Shown: positions 42,355 through 51,908, numbered from the stretch's first letter. The stretch is 64,000 nt of DNA from an uncultured Acidobacteriota bacterium (GCA_963805975.1 CAWDVR010000003.1:576001-640000); one strand, 5' to 3'. A program made the numbers and translations. Notes: generated by a model not told the origin, from the sequence alone.

Positions 42355-43541
42355 GCCGGCCCGTCAGCACCCGCCTCGCCGAGAACGATGAGCTCGAGGT
42401 CACGATCGAGAAGCTGATCGCCGGCGGCGACGGCCTGGCCCGCTTCGAGGGCCTGCCGCTGTTCGTGCCCCGCGCCGCACCCGGCGACCGGCTGCGGGTG
42501 CGGGTGGTCGAGAGGCGGCCGGACTACGGCCGGGCCGAGATCCTCGACATTCTCGCCCCCGGCCCCGGCCGCCGCGAGGCGCCGTGCCCGTACTTCGCCC
42601 GCTGCGGCGGCTGCGATCTCCAGCACCTGGCCGACGACCTCCAGCCGCGGCTCAAGGCCGAGGCCGCCCGCGAGACGGTGGCCCATCTCGCCAGGCTCGA
42701 GCTCCCGCCGGCCGAGCTCGTCACCGGCGCGGCCTGGGGTTATCGCCTCCGCACCCAGCTCCACATCGAGCCGCGGCCGGACGCAGGCGATTTCGCGGTC
42801 GGCTACCACGCGCGGCGCAGTCACGACCTGGTGGCGGTCGAGTGCTGCCCGATCCTGGTGCCGGAGCTCGAACGTGAGCTCCCGGCTCTCGGCAGCCGGC
42901 TCCCGGTCGGCAGCCCTCGCCGGCTGGACCTCACGACCGGCGACGGCGATGGGCTCACCGTCTCGCCGCCGGTCGAAGGTCTTCCCTCGGGTGAGGTGGA
43001 GATCGAGGTCGGCGGCTTCAGCTATGCCTTCGACGCGCGCTGCTTCTTCCAGGCCCACCGTGGCCTCCTGGCGCGGCTGGTCGAAGCGGCCGTGGGCGAG
43101 GCCGAGGGGGAGACCGCCTATGACCTCTATGCCGGGGTGGGCCTCTTCTCGCTGCCGCTCGCGCGTCGTTACAAGAAGGTGACCGCGGTCGAGGGCGACC
43201 GCGCGGCCAGTCGCTTCGCGCGCAACAACGCGCGCCGGAACCGCCTGCCGAACGTCGAGGTGGTGGCGCAGGCAGTCGAGACCTGGGCCCGGCTGCTGCC
43301 CGGCGGCGTCGACCGCGTGCTCGTGGACCCGCCGCGCTCCGGCCTCGCCGTGCCGCTGCGCCGGGTCCTCCACCAGCGCAAGCCGCGGCGGCTGACCTAC
43401 GTCTCCTGCCATGCCGCGACCCTGGCCCGGGACCTGCGCGACCTCGCCGACGTCTACCAGGTGGAGAAGCTCACCTTCCTCGACCTCTTCCCGCAGACCG
43501 GGCACCTCGAGACGGTGGTGCAGCTCGAGCGCAAGTCGTAG
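42351..43541 (+). CDS. TRAM-domain RNA m5U methyltransferase (RlmD/TrmA family)
   Basis: TRAM domain; CPYFARCGGC Fe-S motif; FFQ; DLYAGVG; DPPRSG; YVSC; DLFPQTGHLE; GTGA overlap. Confidence 0.9.
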   Translation: MSRPVSTRLAENDELEVTIEKLIAGGDGLARFEGLPLFVPRAAPGDRLRVRVVERRPDYGRAEILDILAPGPGRREAPCPYFARCGGCDLQHLADDLQPRLKAEAARETVAHLARLELPPAELVTGAAWGYRLRTQLHIEPRPDAGDFAVGYHARRSHDLVAVECCPILVPELERELPALGSRLPVGSPRRLDLTTGDGDGLTVSPPVEGLPSGEVEIEVGGFSYAFDARCFFQAHRGLLARLVEAAVGEAEGETAYDLYAGVGLFSLPLARRYKKVTAVEGDRAASRFARNNARRNRLPNVEVVAQAVETWARLLPGGVDRVLVDPPRSGLAVPLRRVLHQRKPRRLTYVSCHAATLARDLRDLADVYQVEKLTFLDLFPQTGHLETVVQLERKS

Positions 43542-43632
43542 CGACGGTTTCCCTTTGGAGCGCTCCGGTGTCCAAAGGGGCATGGAGAGCGTTCAAGCCT
43601 CGAGCCGGCCGGCACGCCAAGGAGAGGGGCCT

Positions 43633-44187
43633 ATGGAAGCGAGGGACGAAAGTTCGCTGGCCGCGGCGCTCGCTGCCGGCGACCGGCAGGCCGCCGAGGA
43701 GCTGGTGGACCTCACCTACCGGACGATTCACGGTGCCCTGCTGCGGCTCACCGGCGGCGACTCCGACCTGGCGGCGGACCTCACGCAGGAGACCTACCGC
43801 AAGGCCTGGGCCTCGCTCGCCGGCTTCGGCGGCAGGGCGCAGTTCTCGACCTGGCTCTACCGCATCGCCTACACGACCTTTCTGAACCACGTCCGGCGCC
43901 CGCGGCGGGTGCTGCCGCTCGACGACGGTGCCGCCGCCGAGGAGCTGGGCGACCCCGAGACGCCGATCGACGAGCTCCTGAGCCAGTCCGCGGACGCCGA
44001 GCGGCTGCGCGGCGCCGTGCTCGGCCTGCCCGAGGATCTGCGCTTCACCGTCACCGCCCACTACTGGCGCAACCTGCCGGTGGCAGAGATTGCCGCCTTG
44101 GAGCACATCACCACGGTCGCCGTCCGCAAACGATTGAAGCGTGCCTTCCGGATGCTCGCGCTGGCGATGGAGGAGGACGCTCGATGA
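43633..44187 (+). CDS. ECF RNA polymerase sigma factor
   Basis: AADLTQETY, FSTWLYRIA and region 4 EIA..E..TTVAVRKRL. Confidence 0.88.
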   Translation: MEARDESSLAAALAAGDRQAAEELVDLTYRTIHGALLRLTGGDSDLAADLTQETYRKAWASLAGFGGRAQFSTWLYRIAYTTFLNHVRRPRRVLPLDDGAAAEELGDPETPIDELLSQSADAERLRGAVLGLPEDLRFTVTAHYWRNLPVAEIAALEHITTVAVRKRLKRAFRMLALAMEEDAR

Positions 44188-46424
44188 GACCCAGAAGCAA
44201 GCACTACAGCCACCACGAGATCGAAGAGCTCCTGAGCCGCGCGGTGCCGGCCGAGCCGCCTGCCGACCTGGCGGCGCGAATCAAGGCCGAGATCCCGAAC
44301 CCGTTGACCCTGGCGGCAGCCCCGGAGGCCCTGGAGGGGCCTGCCAACGTCCTCCGGCCCGCGGTGTGGAACCGCCGCTGGCGCCCGCTCCTCGCCGCCG
44401 CATCGCTGGCGGCGACCCTGGGAGCGGGCCTCTTTGCCTATTTGAACTTCTCGCGGGTCGAGCCGTTGGCGGCGCCGAAAGTAGTCTCCGAGGGCGAGGC
44501 GCAGGGGAGCGCTCCACCCGCCCAGATGGAGGGCGCCGAGGCGGACCTCGTCACCTCTCCGCCGCCGGCCGCCGCTCGTCCCGCGCCGTCGGCCAAGGCT
44601 GCACCCCCGGCGCCCCCGACCTTTGCCGAGGTGCCCGCGGGGGAGCAGGGTGGCATCGCCGGGGGCATGGTCCAGCCGGTGGAAGTGCCGGAGTCGCTGC
44701 CGGAACCGGCGCGGCAGCAGCGCAAGGACGAGCTCGTCGTCACCTCTGAGTCGCCGCTCCTCGATCGCCGCATCACGAGCGGCTCGGCTTCCCGAGCGAA
44801 GCCCGAGCCGATCGGGGTCGGCGACGACGAGGGCCCGCTGCGCGTGGGCGGCGAGGAGGAGGGGGTCGAGGGCGGCGTCGAGGGCGGGGTCGCCGGCGGC
44901 GTCTTTGGGGGAGTTCCCGGCGGTGTCCCCGGTGGCACTGCCGCGGGTGTTCCCAGCAACGAGCGCAAGATCTGGGTGGGGACCGAGGCCGAGATCGGAT
45001 TCTCGACCGGCGGCTCGGCCGAGCCCAACGACCAGGCCTACGGCGACGTGTTCTTCCGCGAGTACGGCGTCAACCCGGCGATCGACACCGAGGACGACCG
45101 GCTCTCGACCTTCGGCCTGGACGTGGACACCGGCTCCTACACCGTGATGCGGCGCTACCTCACGGACGGCAACCAGCCGCCGCGCGAGGCGATCCGGGTG
45201 GAGGAGCTGGTCAACTTCTTCGACTACCGCGACCCGGCGCCGCGCCAGGGCGACTTCGCCCTCTATGCCGATGCCGCGCCGACACCGTTCGCCCAGGGCG
45301 AGCGCTACCGGCTGGTGCGCTTCGGGGTGAAGGCGCGCGAGATCGACGCGCGAGACAGAAAGCCCGCGCTCCTGGTCTTCACCGTCGACGTCTCGGGCTC
45401 GATGGACCAGGAGAACCGGCTGGAGCTGGTGAAGACGTCGCTCTTCCTGCTGCTCGATGAACTGAAGAGCGAAGACCGCGTAGGCCTGGTGGTCTACGGT
45501 TCCCGCGGCCGGGTGCTGCTCGAGCCCACCAGCGACCTCGCCGCCATCCGCCGCGCCGTCGGCGAGCTGGTGGCCGAGGGCTCGACCAACGCCGAGGAGG
45601 GCCTGGCCCTGGCCTATGAGCTCGCCGACCGCTTCTTCCGGCCGGGGGCCATCAACCGCGTGATCCTGTGCTCGGACGGGGTGGCCAACGTCGGCGCCAC
45701 CGGCCCGGAGTCGATCGGCCGCCGCATCGAGACCGCGGCCGGCAAGGGGATCGAGCTCACCACGGTGGGCTTCGGCATGGGCAACTACAACGACGTGCTG
45801 ATGGAGCAGCTCGCCGACCAGGGCGACGGCAGCTACGCCTACGTGGACGATCTCGAGGAGGCGCGGCGCATCTTCGTCGAGAACCTGACCGGCACGCTCC
45901 AGACCGTGGCCGCGGACGCCAAGGCGCAGGTGGAGTGGAACCCCGAGGTGGTGGCGCGCTGGCGCCTGCTGGGCTACGAGAACCGCGACATCGCCGACCA
46001 CAAGTTCCGCGACGACACGGTGGACGCCGGCGAGATCGGCGCCGGCCACGCGGTGACGGCGCTCTACGAGGTGAAGCTCCAGCCGGACGTTTCCAGGAGA
46101 GCCGTGGCAGGAACGCTCTTCCTGCGCTGGCGCTCGAAGGCGAGCGGCGAGGTGGTGGAGATCAAGAAGGAGCTCCTCGCCTCGGACTTCGCCGTCTCCT
46201 GGGACGAGAGCTCGCGAGCCCTGCGCCTGGCCTCGGTGGCCGCCGAGCTGGGCGAGCAGCTCAAGGGCTCCTACTGGGCCAAGGACGGCAGCTTCGCCGA
46301 GCTCTCGCGCCGGGCGCGGGACCTGGCGGACGAGATGCCGGGGCGAGCGGACGTGGCGGAGCTCGTGAGCCTGATCGGCAGGGCCGGGAAGCTCGTGAGC
46401 GGCGCCCGCCCCGAGAGCGAGTAG
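44184..46424 (+). CDS. Membrane-anchored YfbK-like VWA protein (probable anti-sigma)
   Basis: ATGA overlap with the sigma factor; short cytoplasmic N-domain plus TM; STFGLDVDTGSY, DVSGSM, CSDGVAN and GYENR..DAGEIGAGH.VTALYE. Confidence 0.85.
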   Translation: MRPRSKHYSHHEIEELLSRAVPAEPPADLAARIKAEIPNPLTLAAAPEALEGPANVLRPAVWNRRWRPLLAAASLAATLGAGLFAYLNFSRVEPLAAPKVVSEGEAQGSAPPAQMEGAEADLVTSPPPAAARPAPSAKAAPPAPPTFAEVPAGEQGGIAGGMVQPVEVPESLPEPARQQRKDELVVTSESPLLDRRITSGSASRAKPEPIGVGDDEGPLRVGGEEEGVEGGVEGGVAGGVFGGVPGGVPGGTAAGVPSNERKIWVGTEAEIGFSTGGSAEPNDQAYGDVFFREYGVNPAIDTEDDRLSTFGLDVDTGSYTVMRRYLTDGNQPPREAIRVEELVNFFDYRDPAPRQGDFALYADAAPTPFAQGERYRLVRFGVKAREIDARDRKPALLVFTVDVSGSMDQENRLELVKTSLFLLLDELKSEDRVGLVVYGSRGRVLLEPTSDLAAIRRAVGELVAEGSTNAEEGLALAYELADRFFRPGAINRVILCSDGVANVGATGPESIGRRIETAAGKGIELTTVGFGMGNYNDVLMEQLADQGDGSYAYVDDLEEARRIFVENLTGTLQTVAADAKAQVEWNPEVVARWRLLGYENRDIADHKFRDDTVDAGEIGAGHAVTALYEVKLQPDVSRRAVAGTLFLRWRSKASGEVVEIKKELLASDFAVSWDESSRALRLASVAAELGEQLKGSYWAKDGSFAELSRRARDLADEMPGRADVAELVSLIGRAGKLVSGARPESE

Positions 46425-46460
46425 GAAAACGGACCGCCGGGCATCGCCGGGTAGGCTCTC

Positions 46461-46560
46461 TGTCATCCCGAGCGGGAGCGAGGGATCTGGGTGGCGCGTA
46501 AACGGTACGCCGAGGGGTCCGCGCCCCGCACCCAGATCCTTCGCTGCGCTCAGGATGACA
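46461..46560. repeat. REP-like inverted-repeat element between convergent genes
   Basis: TGTCATCCCGAGCG..GCGAGGGATCTGGGTG ... CACCCAGATCCTTCGCTGCGCTCAGGATGACA. Confidence 0.75.
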
Positions 46561-46603
46561 GGGAAGGCAATGACTGCCGGCAGGGAGCCCGGCCGCTACC
46601 GGG

Positions 46604-46834
46604 TCACATCCGGCTCTGGATCGCGCCCTCCACCTCACCGGGCTCCGGGAAGCGGTGGGTGGCGGTCTTGGAGTGGATCAGCTCGCCGTCGAGCTTCACC
46701 TCGAAGGCTCCTCGACCCCCCTTGATGAGCTGGGGCTTGATGCCGAGCTTCTGCTCGATGCTCTCCGCCAGACCGGCGGCTCGGGGATAGTAGTTTCAAA
46801 CGACGCAGTACTCGATGGTCACTTTTTCGGCCAT
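46604..46834 (-). CDS. SelW/SelT/SelH (Rdx-family) selenoprotein, Sec encoded by TGA at 46796-46798
   Basis: AAGGAG SD and ATG; MAEKVTIEYCVV-U-NYYPRAAGLA...GAFEV..DGELIHSK...RFPEPGEV; frame stays open after the TGA; SECIS-like hairpin. Confidence 0.88.
46765..46795 (-). promoter_or_regulatory. Bacterial SECIS element
   Basis: CCGCC-GGUCU-GGCGG hairpin starting 16 nt after the UGA; loop resembles the E. coli fdhF SECIS loop. Confidence 0.75.
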
Positions 46835-46854
46835 GGTCTCTCCTTCGGAAGAAA

Positions 46855-48081
46855 TTATACGGGGCATCTCCCGCAGACCGCCCCGGTGAGGAAATTCGGC
46901 GTCACCTCGCGGATGCGGGCGAGGTCCGGCACTATGGTCACCTGGGTGAAACCGGCGTGCTGGAGGATGTGGGTCCACTGCTCCGGCGTCAGGAAGCCCG
47001 GGTTGGGGCGCAGGTCGGGGTCGGTCGCCACCTCCCGGAAGCCCGCCAGCAGGCAGAAGACCAGCTCGGCCCCCACCGGCCGGCCGGGGAACGGCCGCAC
47101 GCACTCGCCGGCCACCAGCCAGCCGCCGGGCGCCAGGGCGCGGTGCGCCTCGGAGAGCGAGAAGCGGAGATCCTTGGCCACGTGGAGGACGTTCACCGCG
47201 TACACCAGATCCAAGGAGCCGGGGGAGGCGACCTGGTCGCCTCCCAACTGAGGAGCCCACGGCCGGTCGATGTCGAGGTCGCCAAAAGAGAGCGGCACTC
47301 CCGGCCAGGCGGCCGGCAGCGCGCGCTGGCTCCGGCGGCGGAAGAACGGCGAGGGCTCGGTGGCCCGGTACTCGGCGAGGCGCGCGAGCGCCCCTGCCCC
47401 CGCGAGCTCCTGGAGCAGCGCCTGGGCGCCGCTGCCGCCACCGGCCCCCACCTCGAGCACGCGCAGGCCGCCTGCCGCGGGCAGACGGTGCGCGGCGGCC
47501 AGCGCGGCGATGCGGTTGTTGATCGCGTAGAGCGGATTGTCGTTGCCGAAGTAGCTCGCCCAGAGACCCATGCCGGCCGGCCCGAGCAGCACCTCCTCGC
47601 CGGTGCGCTCGCCGCGCGCCACGGTCGGGTAAGCGGCGGCCGCGGCATCGAGCAGCGCCAGCGTCGGGGCGTTGCCCGGGTCCGCGGCCAGCAGCTCGGC
47701 GCGCAGGCGGGCGAGCGGCGCCTCGGGCAGCGCCCCGTGCAGGCGGTAGCGGTCGCCCTCCCGGCGCACCCAGCCGCCGGTCGCGAGCGAGGCGAGGAGC
47801 CAGTCGAGGGCGAAGCCGAAGCCCGGCGCGAAGCCCTGCTCCGCCGCGAGCGACGCCGCGTCCGCTCCACGGCTCAAGGCCGCCTCGAGGCCGAGGCACC
47901 TCGCGAGCTCCAGCGCCCAGGCGCGGCCGTAGTCCTCGGCGAGGGCCGCGCTCTCGACGAACGAGTCGGGGAAGAGGCTCTCCGGCAGCTCGCCGAGGAG
48001 CGGGACGACGAGCGCACGGTCGGTCTCGGTGGCGGAACCCGGGCGCGCCGGCGCCGGGTCCGAGGGGTGGGATGCGGGCAT
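46855..48081 (-). CDS. Class I SAM-dependent methyltransferase resembling PKS C-methyltransferase domains
   Basis: RVLEVGAGGG, DLVYAVNVLH and LAPGGWLV.GE; start chosen at ATG 48081. Confidence 0.82.
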   Translation of the reverse strand: MPASHPSDPAPARPGSATETDRALVVPLLGELPESLFPDSFVESAALAEDYGRAWALELARCLGLEAALSRGADAASLAAEQGFAPGFGFALDWLLASLATGGWVRREGDRYRLHGALPEAPLARLRAELLAADPGNAPTLALLDAAAAAYPTVARGERTGEEVLLGPAGMGLWASYFGNDNPLYAINNRIAALAAAHRLPAAGGLRVLEVGAGGGSGAQALLQELAGAGALARLAEYRATEPSPFFRRRSQRALPAAWPGVPLSFGDLDIDRPWAPQLGGDQVASPGSLDLVYAVNVLHVAKDLRFSLSEAHRALAPGGWLVAGECVRPFPGRPVGAELVFCLLAGFREVATDPDLRPNPGFLTPEQWTHILQHAGFTQVTIVPDLARIREVTPNFLTGAVCGRCPV

Positions 48082-48118
48082 GGGAGGGCGTGAATTGTAG
48101 GATAAACTCCATCCTCCC

Positions 48119-48739
48119 ATGAGCCCGTCGCGCCAGATCGTCGCCCCTCCCGCCGGGCCTCCCTCGCAAGCGGCGGAGCAAGGCCGGATCGAGCGCATCG
48201 CCGGCCACATGCGGGCCATTCTCCAAGAGCTGGGCCTCGACGTGAGCGACCCCAACCTAGCCGAGACCGACGTCCGCGTCGCCAAGCTCTACCTCGAGAT
48301 GTTCAGCGGTCTCGCGGAGGGCGCGCGGCCCAAGATCACCACCTTCCCCAACGACGAAGGCTACAGCGGCATGGTGATGGAGAAGGAGATCCATTTCTAC
48401 TCCCTGTGCTCCCACCATCTCGTGCCTTTCTACGGCCAGGTCCACATCGCCTACATCCCGACGGAGCGCATCGCGGGTCTCTCGAAGTTCGGGCGCATCG
48501 TCGAGTTCTATGCCAAGCGGCCCCAGCTCCAGGAGCGGCTGACCGAGCAGATCGTGACTTTCCTCGAAGAGGAGCTGCGGCCGCACGGCGCCATGGTGGT
48601 GATCGAGGCCCGTCACCTCTGCGTCGAGATGCGCGGCGTCAAGAAGCAGGGCGCCGTCACCGTGACCTCCGCCATCCGCGGCAGCTTCCACAACCGCCCG
48701 GTGCGCGAAGAGTTCCTCGACCTCCTGCGCCGTGGCTGA
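48119..48739 (+). CDS. folE: GTP cyclohydrolase I
   Basis: SLCSHHLVPF, GLSKF, RPQLQERLT and HLCVEMRG. Confidence 0.95.
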   Translation: MSPSRQIVAPPAGPPSQAAEQGRIERIAGHMRAILQELGLDVSDPNLAETDVRVAKLYLEMFSGLAEGARPKITTFPNDEGYSGMVMEKEIHFYSLCSHHLVPFYGQVHIAYIPTERIAGLSKFGRIVEFYAKRPQLQERLTEQIVTFLEEELRPHGAMVVIEARHLCVEMRGVKKQGAVTVTSAIRGSFHNRPVREEFLDLLRRG

Positions 48740-49337
48740 TCGCATGCGGCGCGCCGGCACTCTTCTCGCCTGGGCTCTCCTCGCCACGCTGGCGGTCGCC
48801 GCCTCGGCCAAGGAGCGCAAGAGCGAGAAGCTCGAAGACCTGATGAACCCGCTCCTGGGGCCGGACTACTCGCTGTGGCTGGTGGGGCCGGTCTCCCGCC
48901 TGGCGACGCGGGAGGAGATCGGGAGCTTCCAGCGGCTCACGAGCGACGCCGAGGCCAAGGTCTTCGTCGAGGCGTTCTGGGCGAAGCGCGACCCGGACCC
49001 GGAGTACGAGGGGAACTCGCTGCGCGAGAAGTTCGAGGAGCGCGGGCGCGAGGCCGACAAGAAGCTCGGCGAGGCGGGCGTTCCCGGCCGCAGGAGCGAT
49101 CGCGGCACGGTGTTCATCCTCTACGGCCCACCGGCGGAGGAGAAGTTCGACATCGCCGAGCACCCCGACGACCCGCCCGTCCTGGTGTGGTCCTATCCCG
49201 CCGACGCGCCCAAGGGGCTCGACGGCAAGCCTCCCGAGCGCGCCTACCGCTTCATCAAGCGGGGCGACCTGACCGTCTTCTTCACGAAGAACATGAAGCC
49301 GCCTCGCCCGCGGCTCGACCGTCCCGGCCCGCCGTAG
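48732..49337 (+). CDS. GWxTD-domain exported protein
   Basis: Signal peptide; FW.KRDP..N..R; GRRSDRG.VFILYGPP (variant of GWxTDRG). Confidence 0.75.
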   Translation: MADRMRRAGTLLAWALLATLAVAASAKERKSEKLEDLMNPLLGPDYSLWLVGPVSRLATREEIGSFQRLTSDAEAKVFVEAFWAKRDPDPEYEGNSLREKFEERGREADKKLGEAGVPGRRSDRGTVFILYGPPAEEKFDIAEHPDDPPVLVWSYPADAPKGLDGKPPERAYRFIKRGDLTVFFTKNMKPPRPRLDRPGPP

Positions 49338-49354
49338 GCCGAGGAGAAGCCCTC

Positions 49355-50425
49355 ATGGCCCTACCGCGCGCCGTTCTCGCGGGCACCGGCATCGCCGTGC
49401 CCCCTCTGGTGATCGACAACCACATGCTGTCGCGGATCGTCGACACCAACGACGACTGGATCCGCGAAAGGAGCGGCGTCGTCACCCGTCGCTATGTGGA
49501 GCCGGGCACCAGCTCCGCGGACCTGGGCGCCGAGGCGGCGCGCGCCGCACTGGCGGACGCGGGCATGGAGCCGGGCGAGATCGACTACATCGTCTGCGCC
49601 ACCATGACGCCGGACCACTACTTCCCGGGCTCCGGCACGCTCATCCAGCAGCGGCTCGGCATGCCGCCGTTGCCGGCCCTCGACATCCGCCAGCAGTGCG
49701 CGGGCTTCGCCTACGGCTTGCAGATGGTCGACGCGCTGGTGCGCTCCGGGATCGCCAAGAACGTGCTGCTGGTGGGTGCGGACGTGCACACCTCCTTGTT
49801 TCCCTTCTCCGAGCGCACCTGGCAGGTGCTCTTCGACGCAGACGCGCCGCCCCTCGCCCCGGAGGAGTTCGCCTGGAACTCCCGCTTCCGGCACCTGCTG
49901 GTGCTGTTCGGCGACGGCGCCGGCGCCATGGTGTTCCGGGCCGAGGAGGGAGGCGAGCGCGGCATCCTGGGCTCGCTCCTCTACGGCGAGGGGGGCGAGT
50001 GCGGCATTCTGCACGTGCCGGGGGGCGGCTCGAAGCACCGGCCGTTCGTCACCGCGGAGATGATCGCCGCCGGCGACCTGGTGCCGGTGATGGAGGGCAA
50101 GGCGGTGTTCAAGCTCGCCGTCACCCGCATGCCACAGGCGACGCGCGAGCTGGTGGGCAAGCTCGGCTACACCATCGACGACGTCGATCTGGTGGTCATG
50201 CACCAGGCCAACCTGCGTATCAACGAGGCGGCGCAAAAGCAGCTCGGCCTTCCGGACTCCAAGGTCCACAACAACATCCAGAAGTACGGCAACACCACCT
50301 CGGCCACGCTGCCGCTCTGCTTCCACGAGGCCCGCCAGCAGGGCCGCGCGCCGGAAGGCTCGCTGGTCGCCTTCACGGCTCTCGGAGCGGGGCTGCACTG
50401 GGGCTCCGTGTTGATGCGTGTCTGA
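49355..50425 (+). CDS. fabH: 3-oxoacyl-ACP synthase III
   Basis: DTNDDWIRERSG, QQCAGF, FGDGAGA, HQANLRI and YGNT. Confidence 0.9.
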   Translation: MALPRAVLAGTGIAVPPLVIDNHMLSRIVDTNDDWIRERSGVVTRRYVEPGTSSADLGAEAARAALADAGMEPGEIDYIVCATMTPDHYFPGSGTLIQQRLGMPPLPALDIRQQCAGFAYGLQMVDALVRSGIAKNVLLVGADVHTSLFPFSERTWQVLFDADAPPLAPEEFAWNSRFRHLLVLFGDGAGAMVFRAEEGGERGILGSLLYGEGGECGILHVPGGGSKHRPFVTAEMIAAGDLVPVMEGKAVFKLAVTRMPQATRELVGKLGYTIDDVDLVVMHQANLRINEAAQKQLGLPDSKVHNNIQKYGNTTSATLPLCFHEARQQGRAPEGSLVAFTALGAGLHWGSVLMRV

Positions 50426-51908
50426 CCGCCTCAGCGCCCTCTTCTTCGCCCTCGCCGTCTTCGGTCTCGGCGCGGCGCTGGCCCTGGGGCTGGGCTGGTA
50501 TCGCGCGGCGCGGGGGCCGGTGGCGCTCTCGCGCCTCTCGCCCGAGCAACGACAACAGCTCACCCAGGAAATGATCGAGGTCTCGACCGGTGTCTACGAG
50601 GACGCCTGGTTCGAGCCGGCGATCGGCTACACGCTGCGCCGCGCGGCGCGGATCCAGGCCTGGAACGACGACTTCACGAGCAACGAGATCGGCTACCGGT
50701 CCGGGCCGATGGCGAAGCGCGCGGGCACCTTCCGGGTGGTCTTCGTGGGCGACTCCTGGACCTACGGCATGGGGGTGAAGGAGCGCGAGTCGTTCCCCAA
50801 GGTCTTCGAAGAGCTGGCCCGCGAGCGGGTCGGTGGGGCGCGGAAGGTCGAAGCCTGGACCCTCGCCCTGCCCGGCCACAACACGATGTCGGAGCTCGCG
50901 GCCCTGTGGTTCTTCTTCGACCGGTTACAGCCGGACGCGGTGGTGATCTGCCCGACCAGCAACGACAACGCGAGCCTCGGCCGCGTGCTGCCCAACGGTT
51001 CGCTGTCGCTCGTGGGGTTCGGCCGCGACGAGTTCGGCGACCCACACTCCGTGGCCTACGACGTGCGCCACCTGGACTCGTACCGCTTCCGGGAGCGCTG
51101 GCGGCTCGCCTTCGCCGCGCTCCGCGACACCGAAGAGCGCCTGGCGGCGGCCGGCGTGCCGTCGGTCCTCTATTTCGTGGCCCGCTGGCAACCGGCCTTC
51201 GCCCACGCACTGGTGTCCGAGGGAGGCCTGCGCTCCCCCTACTTCCTGACGCCGCTCGAGTACACGCACGGTACCTGGCTCAACCCGCCGCCCGTGCTGC
51301 ACGGCACTCCGGCCGCGAACCGCCTCTACGGGGCCCTGGTCTACGAGGCGGTGGCGCAGGTGCTCGGCTGGCCGGGCCTGCCGGCGGAAGGTGCAGAGGC
51401 GCGGGTTCCAGAGCCGCGGCTGCCGGTGACGCTCTTCCGCCGGCCGCCCCCGGCCGCGGACTGGCAGGCGGAGAACGAGGCCCGCTTCCGCGACGAGACC
51501 GCCAAGGCCATTCTGGAGGACTTTCGCCCCACACCATCGCACGCGGCCCAGACCGCCGGGCTGTTCGACGTCACGACCGGGCTCCTGGGCCGGGCGACCA
51601 CTCTCCTGGTGCGGCGCCGGGCGGGCGCCGAGCGGCTGCGCATCACGGTGGGCAGGCTCCGCGAGGCGCCGTCGCTCTACCCGCTCACGCTCGCGGTCGC
51701 GATCCCCTCGCCCGGCGGCGGTAGCCGGGTGGAGGAGCCGATCCCTCGCGGCGGCCCCGAGCCTCTGACCTTCGAGATCCCGTTGCCCGCGGACCTCGCG
51801 GCGGGCAAGGCGCTGGACGTGGTCTTCATGGCCTCGCGCACCGCCCAGTCTCCCGACGTGCTGGCGGCGAGATCTCTCTACATCCTGGCGATCGATCAGG
51901 TTCCGTAG
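50418..51908 (+). CDS. Membrane-anchored SGNH/GDSL-hydrolase-family protein
   Basis: N-terminal TM; SNEIGYR; GDSWTYG; ND block; H..P.AN; overlaps the fabH stop. Confidence 0.72.
   Translation: MSDRLSALFFALAVFGLGAALALGLGWYRAARGPVALSRLSPEQRQQLTQEMIEVSTGVYEDAWFEPAIGYTLRRAARIQAWNDDFTSNEIGYRSGPMAKRAGTFRVVFVGDSWTYGMGVKERESFPKVFEELARERVGGARKVEAWTLALPGHNTMSELAALWFFFDRLQPDAVVICPTSNDNASLGRVLPNGSLSLVGFGRDEFGDPHSVAYDVRHLDSYRFRERWRLAFAALRDTEERLAAAGVPSVLYFVARWQPAFAHALVSEGGLRSPYFLTPLEYTHGTWLNPPPVLHGTPAANRLYGALVYEAVAQVLGWPGLPAEGAEARVPEPRLPVTLFRRPPPAADWQAENEARFRDETAKAILEDFRPTPSHAAQTAGLFDVTTGLLGRATTLLVRRRAGAERLRITVGRLREAPSLYPLTLAVAIPSPGGGSRVEEPIPRGGPEPLTFEIPLPADLAAGKALDVVFMASRTAQSPDVLAARSLYILAIDQVP

Noticed and set aside
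44860-44940. Short GGCGGCGTC-type repeats as a CRISPR array or VNTR
   Set aside because: In-frame coding repeats (GGV-x) with no spacers
46796-48226. 476-aa minus-strand ORF ending EYCVV
   Set aside because: Out-of-frame overlap of the methyltransferase; only its last 12 codons are real, as the selenoprotein N-terminus
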